Below are positions 43,254 through 54,206 of a stretch of 64,000 bases of DNA, piece by piece. The position numbers were made by a program, and so were the translations under genes. Position 1 is the first letter of the stretch, and every line of letters starts with the position of its first letter. The notes under the pieces are model-generated. The model did no database searches and had not been told where the DNA came from. It worked only from the letters and a program-made list of their open reading frames with translations. The stretch is from Candidatus Dormiibacterota bacterium (GTDB taxonomy: Bacteria; Chloroflexota; Dormibacteria; Aeolococcales; Aeolococcaceae): assembly GCA_963709585.1 (NCBI GenBank), contig CAVPXI010000005.1:1-64000 (forward strand). Direction: 5' to 3'.

Positions 43254-43664
43254 GTGAAAGGCTTTCGTGACTTTCTCAACCAGGGCAACGTGGTTCAGCT
43301 CGCCGTGGCGTTCGTGGTCGGCGCTGCGTTCGGGGCCGTGGTCACCGCACTCGTGGTCGACATCATCAACCCGATCATCGCCATCCCCTTCGGCAAGCCG
43401 AACTTCGACGCGCTCGTGCTGACCGTCAACGGCAGCAAGGTCAAGTACGGCACATTCCTCACCGCGGTGATCGCGTTTGTGCTCATCGCGGCAGGCGTGT
43501 ATTTCGTCTTCGTCGTGCCATACAACAGGTTGCAGGCACGCACGCGGTCCGCGAGGCCCGGCGAGTTGAACACGCGAGCCTGCCCCGAGTGCCTGACGAT
43601 CATCCCCAAGGCGGCCCGCCGCTGTTCGGCATGCACCGCGGCGGTCGAACCTCAGGCGGCGTAA
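43254..43664 (+). CDS. mscL: Large-conductance mechanosensitive channel with a C-terminal zinc ribbon
   Basis: GFRDFLNQGNVVQLAVAFVVGAAF, YGTFL; CPEC..CSAC; SD AAGGAGG. Confidence 0.92.
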   Translation: MKGFRDFLNQGNVVQLAVAFVVGAAFGAVVTALVVDIINPIIAIPFGKPNFDALVLTVNGSKVKYGTFLTAVIAFVLIAAGVYFVFVVPYNRLQARTRSARPGELNTRACPECLTIIPKAARRCSACTAAVEPQAA

Positions 43665-43670
43665 CCGAGC

Positions 43671-44111
43671 GTGCCAGAGCTCCACACGGCTCACCTCGAC
43701 GAGCTGCCGCCGCGGACCCTGCTGGCGATCCTGGCGGTCCGTCAGGACGTCTTCGTGGTCGAACAGAGCTGCGCGTATGCCGATATCGATGCTCGCGACG
43801 CCGAGGCGCAGACCGTGCATCTGTGGATCGAGGATGACGATGGTCGCGTGGTGAGCACGCTGCGGCTATTGAGCGACGGGGACCGCGGACATCGCATCGG
43901 ACGCGTGGCGACCCTGCCGGCGTTTCGCGGACGCGGGTACTCGGGTGCGCTGCTCAGGCGAGCGATCGAGCTGTCTGGGCCGCCGATCGCGCTGAGCGCT
44001 CAGGCGTATCTGGTCGAGTGGTACGCCCGCTTCGGATTCGAGGTCTCCGGCGAACGCTGGGTCGAGGACGGCATCGAGCACGCGCCGATGCGCCTCGAGG
44101 TCAGTCGGTGA
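43671..44111 (+). CDS. elaA: ElaA-like GNAT acetyltransferase
   Basis: RQDVFVVEQSCAYADID, IGRVAT, AQAYL, EDGIEH. Confidence 0.87.
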   Translation: MPELHTAHLDELPPRTLLAILAVRQDVFVVEQSCAYADIDARDAEAQTVHLWIEDDDGRVVSTLRLLSDGDRGHRIGRVATLPAFRGRGYSGALLRRAIELSGPPIALSAQAYLVEWYARFGFEVSGERWVEDGIEHAPMRLEVSR

Positions 44112-46544
44112 CGATGTTGACGATGCGGTCGACGACCGCGAACACCCTGCGCGGCGCGCGCCCGTCGAGCAACTCCACGACCCGCGGGTGGGCCAGCGCC
44201 AGCGCTGTCAAGGTTTCCTCGGACGTGCCCGCGTCGACCTCGAGCTCACCCCGACGCTTGCCGTTGACGGTGATCGCCACACTCGCCCGCAGCGGAGCGG
44301 CAAGCTCGGCGTCGTAGGCCGGCCACGTGCCGCGCTGGTGGACCGAGCTGTCGTGCCCGGTGCGCTCCCAGAGCTCCTCGGTCACGAACGGCGCGAAGGG
44401 CGCGAGCAGTTTCAACAGGGTCTCGGCATCGATGCGCCGCGCGGTGCCTGCCGAGCACTCGTGGTCGAGGTCGCGCGCGAACTCCATGAGGTACGCGATC
44501 GCCGTGTTGTAGCGAAGCTCGGCGATGTCGTCCTCGACCTGCTTGATCAGGCGGTGGCGCCGCCGCTCCTTCACCTCGTCACCGGCGTCGCCGCCGGTCG
44601 CGAGCTGGGTAGCACGCCACGTCCGGTTGATGAAGCGGGTCATCCCGGCGATGCCCTTGTCGCGGAAGTCGCCACCGAGCGTGTACGGCCCGAGATACAT
44701 CATGAAGAGACGCACGGTGTCCGCGCCGTAGCGCTCGATGTACTCGTCCGGGTTGAGCACGTTGCCCCGGCTCTTCGACATCTTCGCGCCGTCCATGATG
44801 ATCATGCCGTGAGCGCGGAAGCGAGTGTACGGCTCCGCGACCGGGACGAGGCCCATGTCGTGCAGGGCACGCATCACGAAGCGCGCGTAGAGCAGGTGGC
44901 GCACCGCGTGCTCGTTGCCACCGATGTACATGTTGACGGGGAGCCAGGTGTCCGTCCGCTCCTTGTCGAAGGGAACATCGTCGAAGTCGGTGGACGGATA
45001 GCGCAGGTGGTACCACGCGGAGTTCGAGGAACGTGTCGCTGACGTCGGTCTCGCGCCGCGCCGGCTCACCGCACTTTGGGCACGGGACGTTGACCCACTC
45101 CTCCACGGTCGCAAGCGGCGAGAGACCCGTGCCCCGCGGCCGGAAATCCTCGACATCGGGAAGCAGGACCGGGAGATCCTCCTCCGGGACCGCGACCGGG
45201 CCGTCCTTGGGACAGTGGATGATCGGAATCGGCGGGCCCCAGTACCGCTGGCGTGAGATCAGCCAGTCGCGCATCTTGTACTGCACGCTGGGTTGCCCGC
45301 GACGCAGCTCGCCCAGGCGCTCGATGATGCGCCGCTTGCCATCGTCGGATGTCGCGCCGGTGAACTCGCCGCTGTTGACCATCGTGCCCGCGCCGCTGTA
45401 TGCGCCCTCGGCGACATTGCCGCCATTGATGACCTCGACGATCGGCAGCGAGTGCGCACGCGCGAAGGCCCAGTCGCGTGCGTCGTGCCCGGGGACGGCC
45501 ATGATCGCTCCGGTGCCGTACCCGCCGAGCACGTACGGAGCGGCCCAGACCGGAAGATGCGCTCCGGTCAGCGGATGGATGGCGTGCGAACCGAGCTCGA
45601 ATCCGATCGAGAAGTCGGGTTCGGCGGCGGCCGGCGGGAATTTGTTGCGCCACGCGTTGACCTCCCCCATGCGCTCCGGGGCCACGAAGTCCTCGAGCTC
45701 GGGGTGGTCGGCGCCGATCACCAGGAAGGTGGCGCCGAAGAGCGTGTCGGGACGCGTGGTGTACACGCTGATGTCCTTGCGCCGGCATCCTTCGAGATCG
45801 AACAGGATGGTTGCCCCCTCGCTCCGCCCGATCCAGTTGCGCTGCATGGTTTTCGTCGACTCCGACCAGTCGAGCGTGTCGAGCGCATTGAGCAATTCCT
45901 GCGCGTAGCGGGTGATCTTGATCCACCACTGGCGGAGATATCGTGTCTGCACCGGCGTGTGGCAGCGCTCGCAGCGACCCTGCTCCACCTGCTCGTCGGC
46001 GAGCACGGTGAGGCACGACGGACACCAGTTGACCGCCCCTTCGCGCCACTCGATGAGCCCGGCGTTGAAGAGTCGGACGAACAGCCACTGAGTTCCAGCG
46101 GTAGTACGAGGGCTCCGCGGTGTTGACCTGGTGTCCCCAGTCGAACATGGACCCGATTCGGGCGAGCTGGTTCTCCCGGAAGTTGGCGACCGCGCGGCGC
46201 ATAACGACGGCAGGATGCTCGCCGATCTTCATCGCGTAGTTCTCGGAGTGGATGCCGAAGGCGTCGAACCCCATCGGCTCGAACACGGTGTCACCCATCA
46301 GACGCCGCCAGCGGCCGTAGATGTCACCGCCCGCGAACGGGATGATGTGACCGACGTGCAGCCCCTCGGCGGAGGGATACGGGAACATCATCAGGTTGTA
46401 GAAGGGGTGCGCGGGCTCGTCGAGCTCGGTGCGGTAGTCGCCGCGCTCGTCCCAGATCCGCCGCCAGCGTGCCTCGACGGTGGTGTGGTCGTACACGTCG
46501 AGGTGGCCGGGACCGGGCCCGATCGGGGCGGTGACGGTGTCCAT
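44101..46544 (-). CDS. leuS: Leucine--tRNA ligase, with apparent +1 frameshifts near 46092 and 45022
   Basis: MFPYPSAEGLHVGH, QRNWIGRSEG, DWLISRQRYWG, KMSKS spread over three consecutive frames. Confidence 0.95.
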
Positions 46545-46647
46545 GACAGAAAGGGTATCCCGAGTCCGAGCCCAGCCCAAACCGACGCTGGATCTGGACA
46601 GCACCGGTCAGGGCGCTGCGGCGGCCGCGAGTACACTCCGAGCGCTC

Positions 46648-47847
46648 ATGGAACGAGACCCGTCACCGATCGAGATTCGCGACGCGCAGGGTGAGGCCGA
46701 GCTCCGGCGCTTCGCCGAGATCGACGCGGAGTTGTTCGCCGGTCGAGCCGCGAACAACATGCGCTGGCTGGCCGCCGCCGAGCCGCACGCGCCGCTCCGG
46801 CTGGCGCACACCGAAGGCGAGGTGGTCGGTGGGTACATGCTCTTCCCTGCCGGTCAGTTCTTCGGCGGGAGGTCGGTACCGGCGTCGGGAGTCACCGCGG
46901 TTGCGGTGCATCCCGCCTGGCGGCGCCGCGGGGTTGCCGCGGCATTGATGCGCGACTGCGTCGCCCTGGCGCGCGAGCAGGGAGCCGCGCTGGCGCCCCT
47001 GCACGCCGCGACAGTCCGGCTCTACCGGCGCTGGGGTTGGGAGGTCTGCTCTGAGACACTCCGGCAGATCGTGCGCACCCCTGCGCTGACCGGATTCTCC
47101 GGCTCGGGGCGGGTCCGCCCCAACCCCGACCGCGCGGAGGTCGAGGCGATGCGGCGTGCCCATCTCGCGCAGTGGGACGGTCCCCTCGATCGACCCGACT
47201 GGTTCCTCTTCGTGGAGTGGGATCCGGGCGACCCGGAGACGCTCCGCTTCGAGTACGGCTGGTACGAGGTGGACCGGCTCACCGGCTACGTGCGCTACGA
47301 GTTCGAGCGTCAGCCCAACGGCTGGATCCGGCTGCTTGTCTCGGAGTTCATCGTCACAACGCTCGACGCCCTTCGTGGTCTGCTCGGATTCCTCGGCGGG
47401 CAGGAGTTGCTGAGCCGCGATGTCGTGTTCGTGCACTCCGCGCTGGTCGACGCGTCGCCGCTGCTGTGGTTGCTGCCCGAGCCGCACCGCGATATCAAGG
47501 TGGAGGGCTTCCTCTGCTGGATGCAGCGCATCGTCAACATCGATCTGGCGATGACCGCGCGAGGCTGGCCGGGGCGAGCCGCCGGTCGTGCGGAGCTCGA
47601 GGTGACCGACCCGGTGACCGGCGTCGAGCGCGTGGTGCTCGAGGTGGAGAGCGGGTCCGCCCGGGTGACACCCGGCGGAGGAGGAGAGATTCGATGCGGT
47701 GTCGGCGCCCTCTCCGCGTGGTACTCGAGCGCGCTCCGAGCGCAGGATGCCGTCCGGCTGGGCCTGATGGAGGGTGAGCCGTCCGCAATCAGCGCCATGG
47801 ACGGGCTGATCGCCGGGGGCCTTCCCTGGATGCCCGACTTCTTCTGA
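46648..47847 (+). CDS. Eis-like GNAT acetyltransferase with an SCP2-like C-terminus
   Basis: GQFFGGRSV, VAVHPAWRRRGVA, LYRRWGWE, WMQRIVN, C-terminal DFF. Confidence 0.85.
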   Translation: MERDPSPIEIRDAQGEAELRRFAEIDAELFAGRAANNMRWLAAAEPHAPLRLAHTEGEVVGGYMLFPAGQFFGGRSVPASGVTAVAVHPAWRRRGVAAALMRDCVALAREQGAALAPLHAATVRLYRRWGWEVCSETLRQIVRTPALTGFSGSGRVRPNPDRAEVEAMRRAHLAQWDGPLDRPDWFLFVEWDPGDPETLRFEYGWYEVDRLTGYVRYEFERQPNGWIRLLVSEFIVTTLDALRGLLGFLGGQELLSRDVVFVHSALVDASPLLWLLPEPHRDIKVEGFLCWMQRIVNIDLAMTARGWPGRAAGRAELEVTDPVTGVERVVLEVESGSARVTPGGGGEIRCGVGALSAWYSSALRAQDAVRLGLMEGEPSAISAMDGLIAGGLPWMPDFF

Positions 47848-47856
47848 GCGACGGCG

Positions 47857-48990
47857 ATGCCTGACGCCACCGTGCCGCGGCTGCGCGTCGCCCGCCTGCG
47901 CTCGCAGCACCTCACCGACGACACGCGTGTGGATGGGGATGTCGCGACGGTTGTGCGCGCGGTGTGCGCGCTTCAGGCGCAGGCGTTCGACGCCGCGCGA
48001 CATCAGGTACGTGTGCGCACCGAGGGACTCACCGCCTCCGCGGTGGATCGCGCATTCGAGCAGGAGCGATCGGTGGTGCGAACGTGGTTGATGCGCGGAA
48101 CGCTGCATCTCTGTGCGGCGGACGACCTGCGCTGGTTGATCGACGTCTTCGGACCCGCCGTCAACCAGTTCGGGGCGAGCCTGCGCATGAATCTCGGCCT
48201 CGACGACGCGACCTGCGCTCGCGGCGTCGCGGTGATACGCAAGGCGCTTGCCGGCGGTCCGATGGCGCGGCGGCAGCTGCGCGAGCGTCTGGTCGGCGCC
48301 GGCGTGCTCGCGGAACCGGTCGGCCAGACGCTGCTGCATCTGATCTACCACGCCGCGGCGCTCGGTATCGTGTGTTCCGGACCGCGCATGGGTCGCGACG
48401 ACAGCTTCGTGCTCCTCGACGACTGGGTGCCGCAGACGACGGGCCCGCGGGGTGCGGCTGCGCTCGCCGAGCTCGCCCGGCGGTATTTCGCCGCCTACGG
48501 GCCCGCGAGCGAAGCGGATTTTTACGCATGGACCGGCCTGCGTTCTGCGGTCATTCGCTCAGCGATGGCGGCCATCGGTTCGGAGTTGGTGGAATTCCCG
48601 GGCTCGATTCGGGGCCTCTGGACGCTCGGACCGGCTGCGGATGCCGAGATCGTCCGGCCCACCGTGCGGCTGCTCGGTCACTTCGACACGTTCCTGCTCG
48701 GCTACCGGCGGCGCGAGCATCTCGGCGGAGCCGACGCTGAGGCATGGATCCACGATGGCGGCGGCGGCTGGATCCGTCCGGTCATCTGCGTCGACGGTTG
48801 GATCGCCGGTGGATGGCGAATGGAACGGCCCTCGGGGCAGATCGAGGTCACGGTCATGCCCTTCGATCGGATCGGCCGCCGCGCCGACCCCGCGATTGGT
48901 CGCGAGGTCGCCGCGATCGGCCGTTTTCTGGAACGGCCGGCGCGCTGGTCCCGCGGGCCCTTGGTAGGCTTCAACTCCGCGCCGACGTAG
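47857..48990 (+). CDS. AlkZ/YcaQ (HTH_42) DNA glycosylase
   Basis: ALQAQ (QxQ), RTWLMRGTLH, YGPA..DFYAWTG, LLGHFDTFLLGY. Confidence 0.85.
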   Translation: MPDATVPRLRVARLRSQHLTDDTRVDGDVATVVRAVCALQAQAFDAARHQVRVRTEGLTASAVDRAFEQERSVVRTWLMRGTLHLCAADDLRWLIDVFGPAVNQFGASLRMNLGLDDATCARGVAVIRKALAGGPMARRQLRERLVGAGVLAEPVGQTLLHLIYHAAALGIVCSGPRMGRDDSFVLLDDWVPQTTGPRGAAALAELARRYFAAYGPASEADFYAWTGLRSAVIRSAMAAIGSELVEFPGSIRGLWTLGPAADAEIVRPTVRLLGHFDTFLLGYRRREHLGGADAEAWIHDGGGGWIRPVICVDGWIAGGWRMERPSGQIEVTVMPFDRIGRRADPAIGREVAAIGRFLERPARWSRGPLVGFNSAPT

Positions 48991-49052
48991 CTCAGTGGTA
49001 GAGCAGCGGTTTCGTAAACCGCTGGCCGGGAGTTCGAATCTCCCCGTCGGCT
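48981..49052 (+). tRNA. tRNA-Thr(CGT); CCA not encoded
   Basis: GCCGACG/CGTCGGC acceptor stem, GCTC/GAGC D-stem, GCGGT-TTCGTAA-ACCGC, GGGAG-TTCGAAT-CTCCC. Confidence 0.96.
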
Positions 49053-49110
49053 CACGTATTTTTGGCGTTTGTGACAGGCCTTCCGTTCGGATCCGCCTGA
49101 AACTCGCGGT

Positions 49111-49983
49111 CTACACCCGCCGCGCCGCGACCACGAGCGACGTTCCCATGGGAACCGGAAGATGCCGCCCCCAGCTCCGCTCCGCGCCCATGACCCCGTC
49201 ACCCACGATCTGCGCGGGTCGGGATGCCTGACCCAGTGCCCGGACGTACTGCGCATTTGCGACCTCGGGATGCCGTCGCACCCCAAGGCGCCAGGGAAGC
49301 GAGCGGCCGACGAGCAACAACGGCGTGGCCGCGGCGAAGTGGTGATTGACGTAGGTAGGCCGAAAACCGGTGCGACGCAGGAGCGTTGTCAGGGTGCGTC
49401 GTCGGTAGCGACGGTAGTGTCCTGCCACCACATCGGCCTCGCTCCACAGCAGTGGAAACGCCGGGACCGAAGCCACGAATAGCCCGCCTGGCATGAGGAC
49501 CCGATGAATCTCGCTCATCAGCCGGGACGGGTCCTCGAGATGCTCAAGGACATCAAACGCGCCGACGGCGGGAAGGGACTCGGGTGGCAACTCGAGCTCC
49601 TCGAGGCTGGCACGCACGACATGCCGAATACCGCGTGACGCAGCTCCGAGCGAGCCCGCCTCCCCAGGTTCGACCACGACGGCCGTGATGCCGACGCCCT
49701 CCAGGTAGCGTGACACAACGCCATTGCCAGCTCCGACTTCCCACACTGCCGGCGGCGCACCCGCTCGGCGGATGACATCCGCAATGATCTCGTTGCGCCA
49801 GCGAAACCAGAGACTTCGATCCTCGACGCTGAGCAGCGATCGATGCGCGGTTGCGGAGAATGCAGTCGGGTTGATCTCGCCCCTCCCCATCCAGACGCCG
49901 TCAACAAGAGTGGCATGGTCGGCGATCGACCAGCCAAAATCGTTCCGAAGCCGCGCAAACTCAGGAGCTGTGCTTGACGACAT
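49111..49983 (-). CDS. Class I SAM-dependent methyltransferase (glycan-locus type)
   Basis: WFRWRN, EVGAGNG, FDVLEH, LWSEAD..GHYRRY. Confidence 0.85.
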   Translation of the reverse strand: MSSSTAPEFARLRNDFGWSIADHATLVDGVWMGRGEINPTAFSATAHRSLLSVEDRSLWFRWRNEIIADVIRRAGAPPAVWEVGAGNGVVSRYLEGVGITAVVVEPGEAGSLGAASRGIRHVVRASLEELELPPESLPAVGAFDVLEHLEDPSRLMSEIHRVLMPGGLFVASVPAFPLLWSEADVVAGHYRRYRRRTLTTLLRRTGFRPTYVNHHFAAATPLLLVGRSLPWRLGVRRHPEVANAQYVRALGQASRPAQIVGDGVMGAERSWGRHLPVPMGTSLVVAARRV

Positions 49984-50070
49984 CGCGAGGGACTCTACGA
50001 CTGCCCGGTCCAACTCGTACTTCGTGGGACCCCGTTCGACGGTCTTCGCACCAGAGGTACTCTCGACCGG

Positions 50071-51024
50071 ATGACTGAGGCATCCCTTCGACTGAGTGTG
50101 GTGATCCCCGTTTACCGCTCCGAGTTCGCACTGCGGATACTTTGCGAACGGATCACCATGTCGCTCGCCGATCTGGATGGCGGCTACGAAATCATCTTCG
50201 TCGACGACCGAAGTCCCGACGGATCATGGAAGCTGATTGCCAAGCTCGCGAAGGAGTTTCCCGCCGTGAAGGCCGTGCGTCTGAGTCGAAACTTTGGTCA
50301 GCACTACGCCATCACGGCAGGACTCGACCTCGCCAACGGCGATTGGGTCGTGGTCATGGATGGTGACCTCCAGGACCGCCCCGAGGAGATTCCGAACCTG
50401 CTCGCGAAGGGTGAGGAAGGCTTTGACATCGTGCTCGCTCAACGTGTCAAACGAGCAGACGCGCTCCGCAAGCGGGCATCCTCGGTCATCTTCTACAAGT
50501 GCTTCTCGCTGCTCTCCGGCTTCTCGATGGATCCCTCCGTCGGAACGTTTCGCATCATGCGGCGCCCGGTCGTCGAAGCGCTCCGCTCGATGCGTGAAAG
50601 TCGCCGTCTCTTCGGAGGCTTCGTTCAGTGGGTGGGCTTCGAGACCGGTTATGTCGAGGTTCAGCATGACCCCCGTGTCGAGGGCAAGTCGTCGTATGGA
50701 TGGCGAAAACTCCTGAAGCTCGCCCTGGACGGGATCGTGGCCTTCTCGAACCGGCCGCTGTACCTCTCGATCGCGATCGGCTTCCTCTTTTCCGTCGCCT
50801 CGGCGGTATATGGTCTCTCCCTTGTGATCGGATTCCTCATCGACCGCAAGATCGGGATATCGGGCTGGCTCAGCACGATGACGGTCACGTCGTTCATCGG
50901 AGGTCTGGTCCTGCTCAACCTCGGCATCGTCGGGATCTACGTCGGCCGCATCTACGACGAGACCAAACGGCGACCGCTGTACGTGATCGACGCCATCCTG
51001 CCCACGAGCGCTGAGCGATCGTAG
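50071..51024 (+). CDS. GtrB/ArnC-like polyprenol-phosphate glycosyltransferase (GT2)
   Basis: VDDRSPD, LSRNFGQH, MDGDLQD, two C-terminal TMs, YVGRIYDETKRRPLY. Confidence 0.9.
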   Translation: MTEASLRLSVVIPVYRSEFALRILCERITMSLADLDGGYEIIFVDDRSPDGSWKLIAKLAKEFPAVKAVRLSRNFGQHYAITAGLDLANGDWVVVMDGDLQDRPEEIPNLLAKGEEGFDIVLAQRVKRADALRKRASSVIFYKCFSLLSGFSMDPSVGTFRIMRRPVVEALRSMRESRRLFGGFVQWVGFETGYVEVQHDPRVEGKSSYGWRKLLKLALDGIVAFSNRPLYLSIAIGFLFSVASAVYGLSLVIGFLIDRKIGISGWLSTMTVTSFIGGLVLLNLGIVGIYVGRIYDETKRRPLYVIDAILPTSAERS

Positions 51025-51026
51025 CG

Positions 51027-52205
51027 ATGCCAGAGTTTTCTCGGGTCGTGACCGACGCTGGAGAGGCGATGTCCATCAAATACAACATGATGGTCTACGA
51101 CCTGCAACGGCAGGGGGTGGACATCCTGGTGATGAGCCTCGGCGAGGCGTTCTTCGACATCCCGCTGCTGCCGATGGACGAGCTGCCCTATCCCGCTGTC
51201 AATCACTACTCCAGCTCGCGGGGGATCCCCGAGCTCAGACAGCGACTCTCCACGTACTTTCACGACGAATATGGCGTTGACTTCGATCCCGACACGGAGA
51301 TCCTGATCACCGCCGGCTCCAAGGCTGCGATCCACATGACGCTCATGTCGATCCTCGACCCCGGCGATGAGGTGCTCTACTCCGAGCCTGGATGGGTGAG
51401 CTATCCCGAACAGATCAAGTTGTGTTACGGCGTTCCGGTCAGCCTCCCCTTCGATCACACGGTGGCCGAATACGAGCGGTACATCACGGAGCGAACCAGG
51501 GCCATCATCGTGACCAGCCCCCACAACCCTCGGGGCCTCGTGCTTTCTGAGGCCGACCTGCGGCAATTGGTGGCGGTGGCGAAGAAGCATGACCTCTGGC
51601 TGTTGAGCGATGAAGCCTACAGCGACTTCCTCCTGGACGGATCCTTCGTCTCTGCGGGGCGCCTGGACCCGGACAAGGACCGGGTCGTGATATTCAACTC
51701 GATGTCGAAGAACTTTGGGATCTCTGGCTGGCGTGTGGGGTACGTCATCGCCAACGAGCAGCTGATCAACAGGGTTCTCAAGGTCAATCAGCACCTCATC
51801 ACATGCCCGGCCACCATTCTCGAGTACTACCTCGCTCGGTACTTCGACACTCTCCTGGAGGTCACGAAACCGCAGATACGCGAGGTGGTGAAACGCCGCG
51901 AGCACCTCGCCGGCTACATGCGCGAGATCGGGCTGTCGGCGCTTCCAGGAGGAGCGACCTTCTACTTCTTCGTCTCTCTTGGTGCGTCGCAACTGCGATC
52001 AGAAGAGTTCGCGACGCGCCTCCTATATGAGCAACACATCAGCGTGGTACCGGGCGTGGGCTACGGGCCGTCGTGCAACTCCTTCATACGCGTCTCCATC
52101 GGAACCGCGAGCCTGGAAGAGAACATGCGCGGACTAGCCGCCATCAGGGCGTTGATCGACGACACTTCATTCTCGCCTCGGGTCTCTGCGTCTGATGGCC
52201 GGTAG
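51027..52205 (+). CDS. PLP-dependent aminotransferase class I/II
   Basis: SPHNPRG, SDEAY, NSMSKNFGISGWRVG. Confidence 0.9.
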   Translation: MPEFSRVVTDAGEAMSIKYNMMVYDLQRQGVDILVMSLGEAFFDIPLLPMDELPYPAVNHYSSSRGIPELRQRLSTYFHDEYGVDFDPDTEILITAGSKAAIHMTLMSILDPGDEVLYSEPGWVSYPEQIKLCYGVPVSLPFDHTVAEYERYITERTRAIIVTSPHNPRGLVLSEADLRQLVAVAKKHDLWLLSDEAYSDFLLDGSFVSAGRLDPDKDRVVIFNSMSKNFGISGWRVGYVIANEQLINRVLKVNQHLITCPATILEYYLARYFDTLLEVTKPQIREVVKRREHLAGYMREIGLSALPGGATFYFFVSLGASQLRSEEFATRLLYEQHISVVPGVGYGPSCNSFIRVSIGTASLEENMRGLAAIRALIDDTSFSPRVSASDGR

Positions 52206-53389
52206 CAGATGGGTGCACGTGCTTGGTGGTGGCGAATGGCAGGTGCCGACCATCAAGCTCGCCAAAGCCTCTGGCTACCGGGTGTTGTGCACCGACATCT
52301 ACTCCGAGCGTCCAGGGTACGCCTACGCGGACGAGCACGTGGTCGTCGACATCGCTGACAACGTGGCAACCCTGGAGATAGCCCAGCGGGCGCGTATCGA
52401 TGGGATCATCTGTGACACGACCGACGTCGGTGTCCCCACTATGGCCTACGTCGCGGAGCAGATGGGCCTCCCTGGAATCGGATATGAGACGGCACTCAAC
52501 TTCACCAACAAGTTCCTCATGCGCGAAATCACCAGCGCCGCGGGGGTACCCAACCCGCCGTTCCGGCTGGTGGGCGACCGGGGAGATGTGGTCGCAGCAG
52601 CCGCCGACATCGGGTTCCCTCTGGTCGTCAAACCCGTGGCCAGCCAGTCGAGTTCGCGGTGTCCACGTCGTGCGCACCGCAGATGCCCTGGAGTCCGCGT
52701 TCGAGGAGGCGTCACACTACGCTCGCAATGGTCAGGTCATTGCAGAAGGCTTCATTGACGGGACCGAGGTTACCGTCGAGGGCTATTGCCTCGAGGGTGA
52801 GCCCCTCATCTCCGGCATCTCGGACAAGGATCACTTTGCGCACAGGCCGGAGGTGGCCAACCGCATCACCTATCCCGCCGATCTGCCTCCGAGCGTCATG
52901 GCCCGGATCAGGGAGGTGAACACCGCAGTCGTCCAGTCACTCGGGCTTCGCACCGGGGTGACGCACGCCGAATACATGGTGGCAGGGGGCGAGGTATATC
53001 TGGTTGAGATCGCCGCGCGCGGCGGTGGCAGCCGGATCCACACGCACATCGCTCCCTACCTCGCCGGCGTCTGCATTCCCCAGCTGTATCTTGACTTCGT
53101 CATGGGCGGGATGCCCACGGCTCGACCTGACGGTGTGGCGCGCGCCGCCAACCTGGCTTTCTTCGCGTTTCCTGCCGGGACGGTGACCGGGATCGATGGC
53201 GTTGCGGAAGCCGCGACGCTGCCAGGGGTCGAAGAACTGCACCTGGAATTCGCGGTCGGGGACAGGCTCGAGCCTCCGGATGACGACCGTTCTCGGCCCG
53301 GCTATGTGGTTGTCTTCGGCGCGAACCGTGCCGAGGTTCTCAGCATCACCGCGGACGTTTTCGAACGGGTCCGGGTGACCATCGCATGA
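52195..53389 (+). CDS. ATP-grasp ligase, with an apparent +1 frameshift near 52652
   Basis: LGGGEWQ, NKFLMRE, VVKP..SQSS then RGV, EGFIDGTEVTVE, HAEY, EIAARGGG. Confidence 0.85.
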
Positions 53390-54171
53390 TCGTCGACTGC
53401 CACACACACATCTACGAAGCCGGACGCGGGGGTCCGTTCGATATTCCTGCCAGCGCCGACGCCCTCGTCCGTGACATGGATGCATGCGGCGTGGACATCT
53501 CAGTGGTGCTGCCGCTGCCCGGCACGGCGACCAATGCATTCGTCCAGGCGCAATGCGCTCGTTTTCCCGACCGCTTGGTCGGCCTCTATACGCCGGAATT
53601 CGAGAACCCGAGCACGACCATCACCAAGATGGAGCAGTTCTTTCAGGAGCACAACCCGCCCGGATTCAAGATTCACCCACGCGTTCAAGGGATCCGCGTC
53701 ACCGACGTGATTGTCCGCGACGTCCTCGCCTGGGCGAGCGAGCGATCGTTGACGGTTCTGTTCGACGTCTTCCCGTACGGCCCCAGCATGGCTGATCCCT
53801 TGCTGCATCCCCTTGCGTATCACACGCTCGCGCAGGAGATGCCGGACCTCACGATGGTCCTGGCTCACGCCGGCGGTTACAAGGTCCTGGAAGCATTCGT
53901 GGTGGCAAAGATCAATCCCCGTGTCCATCTCGATGTGTCCTTCACGCCCATCTACTTCAAGCAGTCATCTGCGGCCGCCGACATCCCGTTTATCTGCGAG
54001 CGCCTCCCCGACGGCCGCGTGCTGTACGGGAGCGACTTTCCCCACGTCCGCCTTGGCGAGGCGCTGGAGAGTGCGCAGCAGTGGGCCGGCTCCTTCACTG
54101 ACGCGAAGAGGGCGTCGCTCTTTGGAGACGCGGCCGCCGCGCTGTTTCGGATTTCGCGGAGGGGCGCGTAA
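53386..54171 (+). CDS. Amidohydrolase family 2 protein
   Basis: DCHTH, KIHP, LAHAGG, YGSDFP. Confidence 0.88.
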   Translation: MIVDCHTHIYEAGRGGPFDIPASADALVRDMDACGVDISVVLPLPGTATNAFVQAQCARFPDRLVGLYTPEFENPSTTITKMEQFFQEHNPPGFKIHPRVQGIRVTDVIVRDVLAWASERSLTVLFDVFPYGPSMADPLLHPLAYHTLAQEMPDLTMVLAHAGGYKVLEAFVVAKINPRVHLDVSFTPIYFKQSSAAADIPFICERLPDGRVLYGSDFPHVRLGEALESAQQWAGSFTDAKRASLFGDAAAALFRISRRGA

Positions 54172-54206
54172 TTCACGGACACGAATCGCCGAGTCACGAG
54201 GGCGCA

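Noticed and set aside
44101-46544. leuS and rplU as pseudogenes or programmed frameshifts
   Set aside because: Both genes are normally essential and otherwise intact. There are no slippery heptamers, and single-base repairs at GAGTC/GACTC restore conserved motifs, so sequencing error is more likely.
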